Virus record (IMG/VR): IMGVR_UViG_3300025018_000101
Span: 64,001 to 128,000 of that record
DNA length: 64,000 bases
DNA from: a virus
Reading direction: 5' to 3' (one strand)
Numbering within the stretch: position 1 is the first letter of the stretch; each line of letters starts with the position of its first letter. This document shows positions 44,719 through 53,438 of the stretch, piece after piece. Below the pieces are notes generated by a model. That model saw only the letters and a program-made list of their open reading frames with translations, was not told where the DNA came from and did not search any database. The position numbers were made by a program, and so were the translations under genes.

Positions 44719-45492
44719 ATGACCGTGACCCGAGGCACAGCCAACCCCGTCCGGCAAACAGCGGAGGCCAGCATGCCTACCGACGTGTTCAACCGCGAAC
44801 TTCGGTTCGCGGACCTGGTCGCGAACACCGACTACACCGTCGTGACCAACCCCGCAGGTGTGACCCGCGACGGTGAGAATCGTCTGGTGCTCACCGCCAA
44901 CGACACGGTCGGCCCTACCACGGTCATCTCCCTGGCTCCGCTGCTGCGCCTGCCCTTCTTCCACATCACCGAGGTGTGGGTGGGGATGTCCCTCGCCTCG
45001 TCCGCCCAGGACTACGCAGGCGGCACGAACACGCACCTCAACACGCGGTTTGGCATCCGGCACTACGCGAAGTTCTACACGCCCACCGACGCCTCGCCGC
45101 GCCACTGCGAGGCTCACGTCGGCAAGTCGACGGCGACGAACTGGACGACGTCAGCCGCGCGATGGGACTCGGCGCTTTGGACGCGCGGCAACGCCGCCGG
45201 CCAGTCCAACCTGAGCCTGCTCAAGATGCTGCAGTTCGGCCTCTACCACCTCTCGACCCAGGTCTACCCATCGCAGGTCGCCCATTCCTCGGCCGGGTGG
45301 GGTGCGGGCGTCAATGGGGGGAAGGGCACCAGCATCGGCATCCCGAGCCTCGGCGTGGACTGGACCGCGGAGACGGAGAGCGGGGAGCTGGAGCTCTACG
45401 TCGACCTCGGGGTCAATCCGGCGGGCAAGGACCTCGCCGTGACGCTCGACTACCTACTGGTCCGAGACTACGTGGGCAAGCTCCACCCTTGA
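44719..45492 (+). CDS. Hypothetical beta-rich protein with N-terminal tag MTVTRGTANPVRQTA
   Basis: 257 aa; tag shared with the 43406 gene. Confidence 0.75.
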   Translation: MTVTRGTANPVRQTAEASMPTDVFNRELRFADLVANTDYTVVTNPAGVTRDGENRLVLTANDTVGPTTVISLAPLLRLPFFHITEVWVGMSLASSAQDYAGGTNTHLNTRFGIRHYAKFYTPTDASPRHCEAHVGKSTATNWTTSAARWDSALWTRGNAAGQSNLSLLKMLQFGLYHLSTQVYPSQVAHSSAGWGAGVNGGKGTSIGIPSLGVDWTAETESGELELYVDLGVNPAGKDLAVTLDYLLVRDYVGKLHP

Positions 45493-45580
45493 CCAGTCCC
45501 CGGCCTCTCGCCACGGCCGGGGACGATGACAGGTTTGCGGCGCTCCTCTACCAGATCGGTCCCGGCATGACGGTGCGGCT

Positions 45581-46612
45581 ATGACGGACAGGATCTACAA
45601 CGGCTACACGACGCGGCGCATCCCCCGCGGGGGCAACGTGGACTGCACGGACGGCCGCGCGGTGGTTGCCAGGCCCGACGGGGGCAGCCTCGCGGGCTAC
45701 ACGGCCATCCTGTACCTCGAGGCATCTGAGTACGACACTTCGCTGGAGGGAGTACGCGTTGACGGCCGGCGCGCGGAGAACCCGGAGTGGCCCATCTGGA
45801 ACGCCGACCCGGCGACCGAGCACACGCCGAACATCGACATCCTCACCCTGATGGACGAGACCGTACTGCCGGACGGCACGGTGTACCTGGACGGTGTCAC
45901 GAGCACCAACGCGGTGTCCGACGGCCTCCATGTGTCGATGGTGTGCAGGGTGGATGTACGCCGCTGCACGTTCGAGGGCGCACGGTTCGGCATGGGCATC
46001 AGCGCGGCCGGCTGCACGGCGGTCTTCGCCGACTGCACGACGAACAACCTCAAGTACGAGCCCAACGCGCAAGCGCTCTACCCGCTGCCCTCCCTGGTCA
46101 CCATGGAGCGCATCACCCTTGACGGCGTCCGCGCCTGCAACCTCCTCATCGAAGAGCCTGCCGTGACGCTCATCGGCACGGACATCGGGGTCGCGGCCGA
46201 ACTTCGCCTTGAGGACGGCGCCCCCCCGGACGCCGTGACCTCCGTCGGCGCCCGCATGACCATGACGCGCTGCCAGGGCGACACGACGGTCATCTACACG
46301 CCGAAGGCCCTCATCCTCGACGACTGCTCCACCGGTCCGGTGTTCCTGTACTGGCAGACGGCCAGCCGCCAATACGACGGCGGCCAGGTGACGGTGCGTA
46401 ACTGCGCGCTCCTCGACACCTGGACGACCTACGGCTACGGCCAGATCGACATTGAGGACTGCACGGGCAACTTCGTCATCATCGCGAACGACGCTTCAGG
46501 GCCCTTCGACCCTCGGCCGAGTACCCCCCTGGTCCTCACGCGCGCAGGCAACGTCATCAACATCGAAGCGGCAGGGACGTACACCGTCGACGAGCTCGGC
46601 GCGCTGATTTGA
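45581..46612 (+). CDS. Right-handed beta-helix (pectate-lyase-like/tailspike-like) protein
   Basis: Repeating VDVRRCTFEG, AVFADCTT, LILDDCS, VTVRNCA, IDIEDCTG; NAVSDGLHV. Confidence 0.6.
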   Translation: MTDRIYNGYTTRRIPRGGNVDCTDGRAVVARPDGGSLAGYTAILYLEASEYDTSLEGVRVDGRRAENPEWPIWNADPATEHTPNIDILTLMDETVLPDGTVYLDGVTSTNAVSDGLHVSMVCRVDVRRCTFEGARFGMGISAAGCTAVFADCTTNNLKYEPNAQALYPLPSLVTMERITLDGVRACNLLIEEPAVTLIGTDIGVAAELRLEDGAPPDAVTSVGARMTMTRCQGDTTVIYTPKALILDDCSTGPVFLYWQTASRQYDGGQVTVRNCALLDTWTTYGYGQIDIEDCTGNFVIIANDASGPFDPRPSTPLVLTRAGNVINIEAAGTYTVDELGALI

Positions 46613-46620
46613 GCCCTGAC

Positions 46621-46879
46621 ACGGCCATAGGCTGGCGACGCCGTCGTACTGGCGTCCGGTGTTTCCGAAAGAGGCCAGCTCCGGCGGGTCCGTGCGATGT
46701 AAGTGCCCTTCCGAGTCGAAACATGCGTTATTTGGCCGCTGAGCATGCTTAACACTCTCGTCGCCGCACCCGACGGTGCTCCCACGCCGATGGTCGTACC
46801 TAAAGTATAGCGACCATGGAGGCCTAAGCCGGCCAGCACGCTATACGCCGAAGACCCCAGCTCGACCCTTGCGGGGTCC
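46621..46879 (-). repeat. Non-coding element, copy B of the diverged inverted repeat pair
   Basis: See 42725-42982; fills most of the convergent intergenic gap. Confidence 0.75.
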
Positions 46880-46967
46880 TACTATGGTGTCCGAGGCTGC
46901 CATAGTCCAGCGGCATCGACACCAACGGAGCCCCCGGCGCTGTGTATTGAACACGCGGAAATAGCAT

Positions 46968-47648
46968 CTAGGCGTGGGTAGTCCACCCCCGCTCGACGCA
47001 GAAGACCTCGACGATGACCTGCGCGGCCATCCTCCTGCCCGCCGCGAAGCAGTATCCGAGCGCGTGCGCAGCCAGGTCTCGGCCCGTGGGCTGACTGTAC
47101 ATGCCCAGGAGGCTGCGCAGGAACTCGACCTCCTGAGCGTCGGTCCAGTCGCCTGCGACGCGTGCCATCTCCACCAGCCTGTTGCCTGAGAGCTCAGGCG
47201 GGTATGCGGCGGCCTCCGAAGGCGCCCGAGGAAGCCAGGCTCCGCGCTCCTGCCTGCCCGCGACGCGCCTGTCGGCCAGGGCGTAGTTGTAACTGTTGAC
47301 CGCCCCAAGGGGCCAGGACAGCGGATAGCCGTCGGGCGTCGATGGAGCAGAGTACATCTGCCCCTCGAAGCAGACGTAGACCTCCGGGCCGTAGTCCGCG
47401 CCGGTCCCGTGCCACCCCGTGAAGGTTAGCCCAGCCTCCGCCAGCGCGATCCAGTCCTGGTACGCGCCGTAGTTCACCTCGTCCATGTCGAAGGACACCC
47501 AGACGGTGCCGTCCACCGTTTCCATCGACTCGGAGTCGGTCAGGTCGACGCCCTCAGGGGGCAGGTACATGTACTCGAGATGGACACGCCTCGCGCGGTC
47601 GACCTGCTCGAGCGGCATATCCAGCCTCAAGGAGCACCGGTCACCCAT
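46968..47648 (-). CDS. Hypothetical protein
   Basis: ATG 47648 overlaps the upstream gene end; 226 aa. Confidence 0.7.
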   Translation of the reverse strand: MGDRCSLRLDMPLEQVDRARRVHLEYMYLPPEGVDLTDSESMETVDGTVWVSFDMDEVNYGAYQDWIALAEAGLTFTGWHGTGADYGPEVYVCFEGQMYSAPSTPDGYPLSWPLGAVNSYNYALADRRVAGRQERGAWLPRAPSEAAAYPPELSGNRLVEMARVAGDWTDAQEVEFLRSLLGMYSQPTGRDLAAHALGYCFAAGRRMAAQVIVEVFCVERGWTTHA

Positions 47649-47913
47649 GGCTGTGCGTCGCCCCAAGCGGGGTAGCGCGGTACGGGACGCCGAACCAGTC
47701 CACTGCGCCGTCGCAACTGAATCGGAGGATGAAGGCGCGCTCGGGCAGCGCGACACGATCCGTCCGGGAGACCGTGTACTGCAGGACGTCGGTGGTCGTG
47801 ACGCCGTCCTTGATGGTCAGGATGAGCAGGTCCCCACGGACGTCCTCTTCGTCCAGGTGAAAGACCCGCAGTCGGCCGGAGAAGTGGGGCCAGTCGATAT
47901 CGTCGATTCGCAT
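47641..47913 (-). CDS. Hypothetical protein (90 aa)
   Basis: Typical codon usage; coupled to the next gene. Confidence 0.6.
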   Translation of the reverse strand: MRIDDIDWPHFSGRLRVFHLDEEDVRGDLLILTIKDGVTTTDVLQYTVSRTDRVALPERAFILRFSCDGAVDWFGVPYRATPLGATHSHG

Positions 47914-48037
47914 TGGGATTGTCGTCCGTGTTGTAGGTGTAGGCGCCGAGGAGGACGTGCTCTTCCTGCCGACGCCCGACGCGGTAGGCTGGGGCCGGGG
48001 GTCGCCGATGCGGGCTGGCATGCTCAGCCCCGGGAGG

Positions 48038-48550
48038 TCACCCGCCGGACGGCTCCGGGCCGTGCTCGTCTCCAGCGGCTGCGAGGTCCTCAGCGTTGCG
48101 CTTGACCTCGAGCTTCCTCATGTAGCGCCTGAGCGCGGCCGCCATGCCCTCGGCCCACGCCACGGCCTTGGGCTTGTCGCAGGTTATGCCGCTGGCGTAG
48201 CAGTGCGCCCACCTGTCGCCCCCGAGGACCCTCCACCGGCTCATGATGAGCAGGGCGGCCTCGACGTTCGTGTCGACCCTGTACAGGTCCACGACGTTGT
48301 AGGGCCCGTGACGGCCCGTGACGAAGTAGGGCTTGACCTGCAGAAGGCCGATCTCCCCGCCCCCTCCGAGGGCACTGGCGTCGAACCTGGACTCGCGCCA
48401 CGCCATCGCGGCGACGAACACCGGGTCGAACCCCTTCTTCGGCGCCTGGTCCTCGATGGACTCGCACGCCACTTGCGCGCGGTCGGCGGAGACGCCTTCG
48501 GTGCTGGCGAGCGCGATGCACGCGCACACCAGCAGACTGAACTTGCACAT
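48038..48550 (-). CDS. Lytic transglycosylase (SLT domain) with signal-peptide-like N-terminus
   Basis: FVAAMAWRESRFDASA, GEIGLLQVKP, DTNVEAA, HCYASG. Confidence 0.85.
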   Translation of the reverse strand: MCKFSLLVCACIALASTEGVSADRAQVACESIEDQAPKKGFDPVFVAAMAWRESRFDASALGGGGEIGLLQVKPYFVTGRHGPYNVVDLYRVDTNVEAALLIMSRWRVLGGDRWAHCYASGITCDKPKAVAWAEGMAAALRRYMRKLEVKRNAEDLAAAGDEHGPEPSGG

Positions 48551-48570
48551 GGTGATCCTGTTGCTTAGGG

Positions 48571-49029
48571 CTACGCCGGCTTGTACCGCCGGCACAGCGC
48601 ATTCACGTCTTCCCAGGACAGCTCCTGGGAGTAGAGCGTCGAGGCACCCTCGGTGCGGCCGTCAAGCGCCTCGAGGTGCTCGGCCTCGAAGTGGACGCCC
48701 CGTGGCGTCGCGGCCGCGACGAGACCGGCGCAGATCTGGGCCAGGGGCTGCACGCCGTCGACGGTCATCGCCGCGCCGCCCTCCGTGGTTCGCAGGGACG
48801 CGGAGTTCTGGACGTAGCGCGTGGCCGCCATGAAGGCGGCATCGACCCTGACGAACCCAGGCGACCCCCAGACGAGCGCCAGGGAGCGAAGCCGGTCGTC
48901 GCGGACTGCGTTGAACAGCGTATGGAGGTCGCCGAGGATACTGACGAGGTCGAGGTTGACCTCGACGACCGCCAGGACTGGCTCAGGGCCCGAGGGTACG
49001 AGCTCGACAGCGGGGATGAGCAGGTGCAT
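48571..49029 (-). CDS. Hypothetical protein
   Basis: 152-aa ORF in the operon. Confidence 0.7.
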   Translation of the reverse strand: MHLLIPAVELVPSGPEPVLAVVEVNLDLVSILGDLHTLFNAVRDDRLRSLALVWGSPGFVRVDAAFMAATRYVQNSASLRTTEGGAAMTVDGVQPLAQICAGLVAAATPRGVHFEAEHLEALDGRTEGASTLYSQELSWEDVNALCRRYKPA

Positions 49030-49030
49030 G

Positions 49031-49903
49031 TCACGACTCCCGGATGAAGATGTCGACGGGGTTCACCCCCGCCGCGGTCGACATCATGGACGCGATAGCG
49101 CCGCCCTGTCCAGCGATGTGGCAGGCGGCGTCCGTGACCAGGATGCCTCGCGAGGAGTTGGCCAGTGCGATGCTCCACCACCCGCGGAGCCCCAGCTTCC
49201 TGGACGCCCGTAGCGCAGCATCCGAGACGCGCGCCGTCAGCGGGGACACGGTCTCCATGGGCTCGAGCACCCCGCCATCGGTCTCCAGGGACCAGGGGCC
49301 GAAGAGCTCCGGGTCTGGACCGAACAAGGGGCTCGACCATCCTGCGACGACGAACCGTCCAGGGTCGACCCTCTCGTTCCACGTGGCCTCGACCCACGTG
49401 TGCGCCATGCCCAGGAAGTCCCGGATGGGCCGTATGCCGTAGGCGAGCTCACGCCACATGCCCGCGACCCGCGCAGGGGGCAGGCGGTCGAGCGCGACCT
49501 CCTCGGTGGCGCTCACGCCGAACGGAGCGAACTGCGGCAGGACGCTGACCGTCCCGACGCCGAGTGGGATCGAGGCCGCATCCGCGGAGCTGATGCAGGC
49601 GGCGTCCCCGAGCTTGTCCGACCTCCGCAGTCGGTCCATCGCGGCGATGACGGTGTCGACCCTGCCAGCGTCCATGTCGCCCCTGTCGTTGACGAACGCG
49701 CAGGGGAGCACCCCGCCCAGGTCGAGCGGGACGAACTCCACTTGCCTCCGCTCTCGGGCCTCTCTCGTGAGCTGATGCACGACCACAGAGGGCCCCACCG
49801 CCCGCGCGAGGTTGCCGTTGTAGGACAGTACCCGCGGGTGGTCCTCCCGGATGCGCAGGTACGCCATGAACGTGCGGTCGCACACGTAGACGAGCTCAGC
49901 CAT
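49031..49903 (-). CDS. Hypothetical protein, possibly a degenerate ATP-grasp fold
   Basis: C-terminal RKLGLRGWWSIAL...GILVTDAACHIAG...AAGVNPVDI pattern. Confidence 0.55.
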   Translation of the reverse strand: MAELVYVCDRTFMAYLRIREDHPRVLSYNGNLARAVGPSVVVHQLTREARERRQVEFVPLDLGGVLPCAFVNDRGDMDAGRVDTVIAAMDRLRRSDKLGDAACISSADAASIPLGVGTVSVLPQFAPFGVSATEEVALDRLPPARVAGMWRELAYGIRPIRDFLGMAHTWVEATWNERVDPGRFVVAGWSSPLFGPDPELFGPWSLETDGGVLEPMETVSPLTARVSDAALRASRKLGLRGWWSIALANSSRGILVTDAACHIAGQGGAIASMMSTAAGVNPVDIFIRES

Positions 49904-50195
49904 TCGTCACCCCCGCCACCGCCGAGAAGACCGAACACGTAGCGAAGCGCCTCGACATCGGCACGTGGTGCTCCAGCGCCTCGACGACCCACACGGGGAG
50001 GCTGGACCGCTCGTCCGCCGTCTTGTCCTTGCGGACGCCGTGCGTGGCCCCGCAGACGGAGCAGCGCACCATCACGGCCGCCAGCCACGACTCCGACGGC
50101 TCGTAGACCTCCTTCTCAAGGATCGCCGTCGACGTCCTCCGCTCCGCCCACACCGAGCACGTCCTCGGCGGATGCGGGCACTTGTCGGTCCCCAT
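49896..50195 (-). CDS. Small Cys-containing (Zn-ribbon-like) protein
   Basis: AGGAGG RBS; CPH...CSVCG. Confidence 0.6.
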   Translation of the reverse strand: MGTDKCPHPPRTCSVWAERRTSTAILEKEVYEPSESWLAAVMVRCSVCGATHGVRKDKTADERSSLPVWVVEALEHHVPMSRRFATCSVFSAVAGVTNG

Positions 50196-50622
50196 CGTCC
50201 CTCCTCCTCATGTGCCTACGCCTGTTCACCGCGATGGTGAACAGGCAGTCTGTGACCAGGCGGATGGGTTCGCCGCCGGCGTTCACCATGCGGCTCGCCT
50301 CTTCGCAAGCGTCGAAGAGCGTCGTGTACGCGCCGGGTTTCGACTCCGGCCCCAGTACGCTCCTGGCGTAGGCCCAGGCGTTCATGCGCGCCGTGGGGCC
50401 CTGGTCGGCGGGCATCAACCGGATGACGGCGACGACGCCGACGTCCGGCAAGTCGAAGCGCGCGCCCGTACTCCGGCCGAGCTTCGACTGCAGGAACGCC
50501 CCGGCACCCCCGGCCAGGACGGTCTCAGCGTCCTTCGACCCCGTGCGGAACCGAAGCACGAGGGTCTCGAACCACCCCTCGAGCAGTCGCCTCCTGCGGC
50601 CCTGTCCGCGCTTGTCCGTCAC
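50116..50622 (-). CDS. Hypothetical protein
   Basis: GTGA overlap with the upstream gene. Confidence 0.6.
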   Translation of the reverse strand: MTDKRGQGRRRRLLEGWFETLVLRFRTGSKDAETVLAGGAGAFLQSKLGRSTGARFDLPDVGVVAVIRLMPADQGPTARMNAWAYARSVLGPESKPGAYTTLFDACEEASRMVNAGGEPIRLVTDCLFTIAVNRRRHMRRRDDGDRQVPASAEDVLGVGGAEDVDGDP

Positions 50623-51023
50623 GCCAACGGCTCCTGGTCCTCCGGGTGCGAGTAGATGGCGACACCGACCTCGATCGCGAACTGGCGGATGGACGCCTCA
50701 AGGGCCGCTCGCCACAACGGCGAGGTGTCCTCCCAGTCGGCGGCGAGCTGGGCCTCGGTCAGCTTCTGCATCGAGGCCGGAAGGTTCGCACGCAGCAGGT
50801 AGTGGAACCTCTCGGCGGCGCGGGCCACGAAGAGCGCGACGTCCTCCTCGGTCGCCTGCACGACCAGACGGCGCGCGTCGGTGCCCTGCTCCTTCTCGCT
50901 CTCGCGGCGGACCGTCTCGACCCACGAACTGGGCGGGTCGGTGGCGGCGCCGTCGACCTCCGCGGTGTCCGCGGCCTGGCCCTGGAAGATGTCAGCGAAC
51001 TTCCCTAACGTACGCTCTTGCAT
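50619..51023 (-). CDS. Hypothetical protein
   Basis: GAGGAG RBS; 134 aa. Confidence 0.7.
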   Translation of the reverse strand: MQERTLGKFADIFQGQAADTAEVDGAATDPPSSWVETVRRESEKEQGTDARRLVVQATEEDVALFVARAAERFHYLLRANLPASMQKLTEAQLAADWEDTSPLWRAALEASIRQFAIEVGVAIYSHPEDQEPLA

Positions 51024-51895
51024 TTCCGCTCCTCAATGGCGAGTTCCCGGAGTTCGACGTCGAACTCCAGTTTGGTGTAGAACGCCCGGCGCTCCTCGAT
51101 GCCAGGCCGCTTCACGCGCCAGGCAGTCTCGAGGTCGTCGGGCAGTGGAACGTCGACGCGCAGTTGCGTCAGCGCCTTCCACAGGCGCAGTTCGTCGGCG
51201 GCCGCAGCGATCTTCGGGTACGGATTCTTGAGCGATGTCGGAGCGAACGCCAGCAGGCCCTCCACCGACCCGTGCTCTGCCAGCAGTGCCTGGGCCCTCT
51301 TCGGTCCGATGCCCTTGAGGCCCGGGATGTTGTCCGAGGTATCCCCTCGGATCGCCAGGAAGTCGACGACCTTGTCTGGCGGCACTCCCAGGCGCTCCTC
51401 GACCCCCTCCCAGTCCGTCAGCCCCTTCGAGCTGTCGTACAGCAGGACCGTGCCCGCTCGGTCGACTAACTGGGCCATGTCCTTGTCGCCGGTGCACACG
51501 ACGACGCGGCGCTGCCTGGCCCACTCGCACGAGGCCGCCGTGGCGATCACGTCGTCCGCCTCGAACGTGTCGGCCCGGAACGTCGGGACCCCAAGCACGG
51601 CGCACAGCTCGTCCAGCAGCTTCCACTGGCCGCCCATGTTGGACGACTTCTGTACCCGCGTGGCCTTGTACTCCGGGTACAGCCCTCGTCGGAACGAGCT
51701 CGCCGACTTGCAGTCCCACGCGACCACCCAGTGCGACGGCCGCAGCGTGGCGTAGATGTTGCGCAGCATGTGCACCATCCCATAGACCGCCCCGGTGTAC
51801 ACGCCAGTCGAGGTCTTCAGGTGCTCCATGGCGTAGAACGACCTGTAGGCCAGGTTCGACCCGTCGAGCACCGCGAGGGTCTGCTGCGCCCTCAC
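51005..51895 (-). CDS. 5'-3' exonuclease / flap endonuclease (Pol I N-terminal-like)
   Basis: LDGSNLAYRSFYA, FRRGLYPEYKATR, FEADDVIAT, TGDKDMAQL, GDTSDNIPGLKGIGPKRA. Confidence 0.95.
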   Translation of the reverse strand: MRAQQTLAVLDGSNLAYRSFYAMEHLKTSTGVYTGAVYGMVHMLRNIYATLRPSHWVVAWDCKSASSFRRGLYPEYKATRVQKSSNMGGQWKLLDELCAVLGVPTFRADTFEADDVIATAASCEWARQRRVVVCTGDKDMAQLVDRAGTVLLYDSSKGLTDWEGVEERLGVPPDKVVDFLAIRGDTSDNIPGLKGIGPKRAQALLAEHGSVEGLLAFAPTSLKNPYPKIAAAADELRLWKALTQLRVDVPLPDDLETAWRVKRPGIEERRAFYTKLEFDVELRELAIEERKCKSVR

Positions 51896-52497
51896 CGGTC
51901 ACTCCTCGTGCTCAGCGTGAGCTTGACGTCGCCGCGGCCCGTCCCGTCGCAGTCCGGGCACTCGGGCGTCTTGCCGTCGATACCGCCGGGGGACAGGCGG
52001 CACGTAGGGCAGACCGCGCCCGTACCCTGGCACGCCTCGCACTCACCCTGGGTGCCGCAGCCGTCACACGCCCGGCACTCGACCACGCCCTCGCCAGCGC
52101 ACTCCGGGCACTCTACCTGCCCTTCGCCCCGGCAGCCGCCGCACTCAACCCGTCCCAGGCCGTTGCAACCGCCACATTTCACCCGCGTAGCGCCGCCGGC
52201 TCCGTCGACTCCGTCGACGACCCCCCTGCCGTCGCAGCGGCCGCAATCAAGTTCGCCCGTCGCATCGCAGTCGTAGCACCTCACGACGCCATCAGCGTAG
52301 CACGTCGGGCACTCGACCTCCCCCTCCCCAGCCCTGGCCGGTACGCACCCTCCGACCGGGAAAGCGTCCTCGCCCGAGCACTCCGGGCACGGGGCTTCGC
52401 CCGTGCCCCCGCACTGCGAGCAATCCACTACCGCGCCACCGGCGCACCCCGGGCAGTGCCGGCCGGAGCCTCCACAGGTCTGACAAATAACGTACAT
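51892..52497 (-). CDS. DnaJ-type CxxCxGxG zinc-finger repeat protein (no J domain)
   Basis: 14 CxxC motifs in 201 aa. Confidence 0.85.
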   Translation of the reverse strand: MYVICQTCGGSGRHCPGCAGGAVVDCSQCGGTGEAPCPECSGEDAFPVGGCVPARAGEGEVECPTCYADGVVRCYDCDATGELDCGRCDGRGVVDGVDGAGGATRVKCGGCNGLGRVECGGCRGEGQVECPECAGEGVVECRACDGCGTQGECEACQGTGAVCPTCRLSPGGIDGKTPECPDCDGTGRGDVKLTLSTRSDR

Positions 52498-52528
52498 GCT
52501 ACCCTCCCTGTTGCGTTCGCGCTACGCC

Positions 52529-52557
52529 CTTGTAGCACGCGCGAGGCGCGGAGTCTA
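52529..52557 (-). promoter_or_regulatory. Possible promoter TAGACT-N17-TACAAG with TG extension
   Basis: Intergenic; resembles 39542-39570. Confidence 0.45.
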
Positions 52558-52576
52558 CCCCCACGCCCGGTATCTG

Positions 52577-53092
52577 TCACGCTCCCGGAGCAGAGGGGCC
52601 GCGATTGCGCGAGCGTGCCTCAACGTCCTTGAGCCAGGCGGTCGCGCTGAGCCGAACGAACGCGTCTCGCTTCATCAGTCGGCGCCAGCCGTCGAGCTCG
52701 ACGCAACCGTAGTACTCGAAGACCATGAGCGCGGTGGACGCGACGTCCAGTGGCGTGCGGTCCGGCCCCGCAGCCGGCGGCTTCCAGGCGGTTGGCAGTC
52801 CGTGGAACTCCCGGAAGCCGCCGGTGAACAGTTCGCTCCACAGTCGCCAGTCGTCAGGGACGTGGAACATGACGACGGGGAGCGTGTCCGCTTCGCCGTC
52901 GTCGAACTCGTATGCCACGGCGATGGTGCCGCCGTGGTAGAGCGCGTGCCCCTCGGGGAAGGTAAAGGTGACGATGCAGGGTCCGGCGTCCGATTCGCCG
53001 TGCCCCGAGAGGACCCAGGACTCGTCGATGACGACGAGCTCGGTCGCCGCGGGGTCGTCATCCGGAGCGGAGCTGTAGGATTCTTCGGGCAT
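52577..53092 (-). CDS. Hypothetical protein
   Basis: GGAGG RBS before ATG 53092. Confidence 0.7.
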   Translation of the reverse strand: MPEESYSSAPDDDPAATELVVIDESWVLSGHGESDAGPCIVTFTFPEGHALYHGGTIAVAYEFDDGEADTLPVVMFHVPDDWRLWSELFTGGFREFHGLPTAWKPPAAGPDRTPLDVASTALMVFEYYGCVELDGWRRLMKRDAFVRLSATAWLKDVEARSRNRGPSAPGA

Positions 53093-53438
53093 GCGGCCCT
53101 CCAAAGAGGGTATCCTCGACGAAGTTGAGCTTGTCGAGGGTGTCGTGCTGCACGGGCAGGCCCCGGACAGTCACAGGGTGGCCCGCGAACACGGCCACGC
53201 TGCCGTTCAGTACGGCGCCGGCCGTGACCTGCCACAGGCGGCCGTCTCCATCGAGCGCCATCCAGCGGCCACTGGAGTACGGGTCGGGGTCTCCTGGCCG
53301 CTCGTGCCAGAACACCTCGACCTCGTAGACGTCGTTGAACACGTGGTCCGTCATCGGGCCCCAGTCCCGACCGTCGGCGCAGGGCCCCGACAGATGCTCG
53401 AGCATCAGGGACCGCGCCAGGAGCTTCAGTCGGTGCAC
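53058..53438 (-). CDS. Hypothetical protein
   Basis: GGAG-N6-GTG overlapping the MTase end; start uncertain. Confidence 0.6.
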   Translation of the reverse strand: MHRLKLLARSLMLEHLSGPCADGRDWGPMTDHVFNDVYEVEVFWHERPGDPDPYSSGRWMALDGDGRLWQVTAGAVLNGSVAVFAGHPVTVRGLPVQHDTLDKLNFVEDTLFGGPHARRILQLRSG

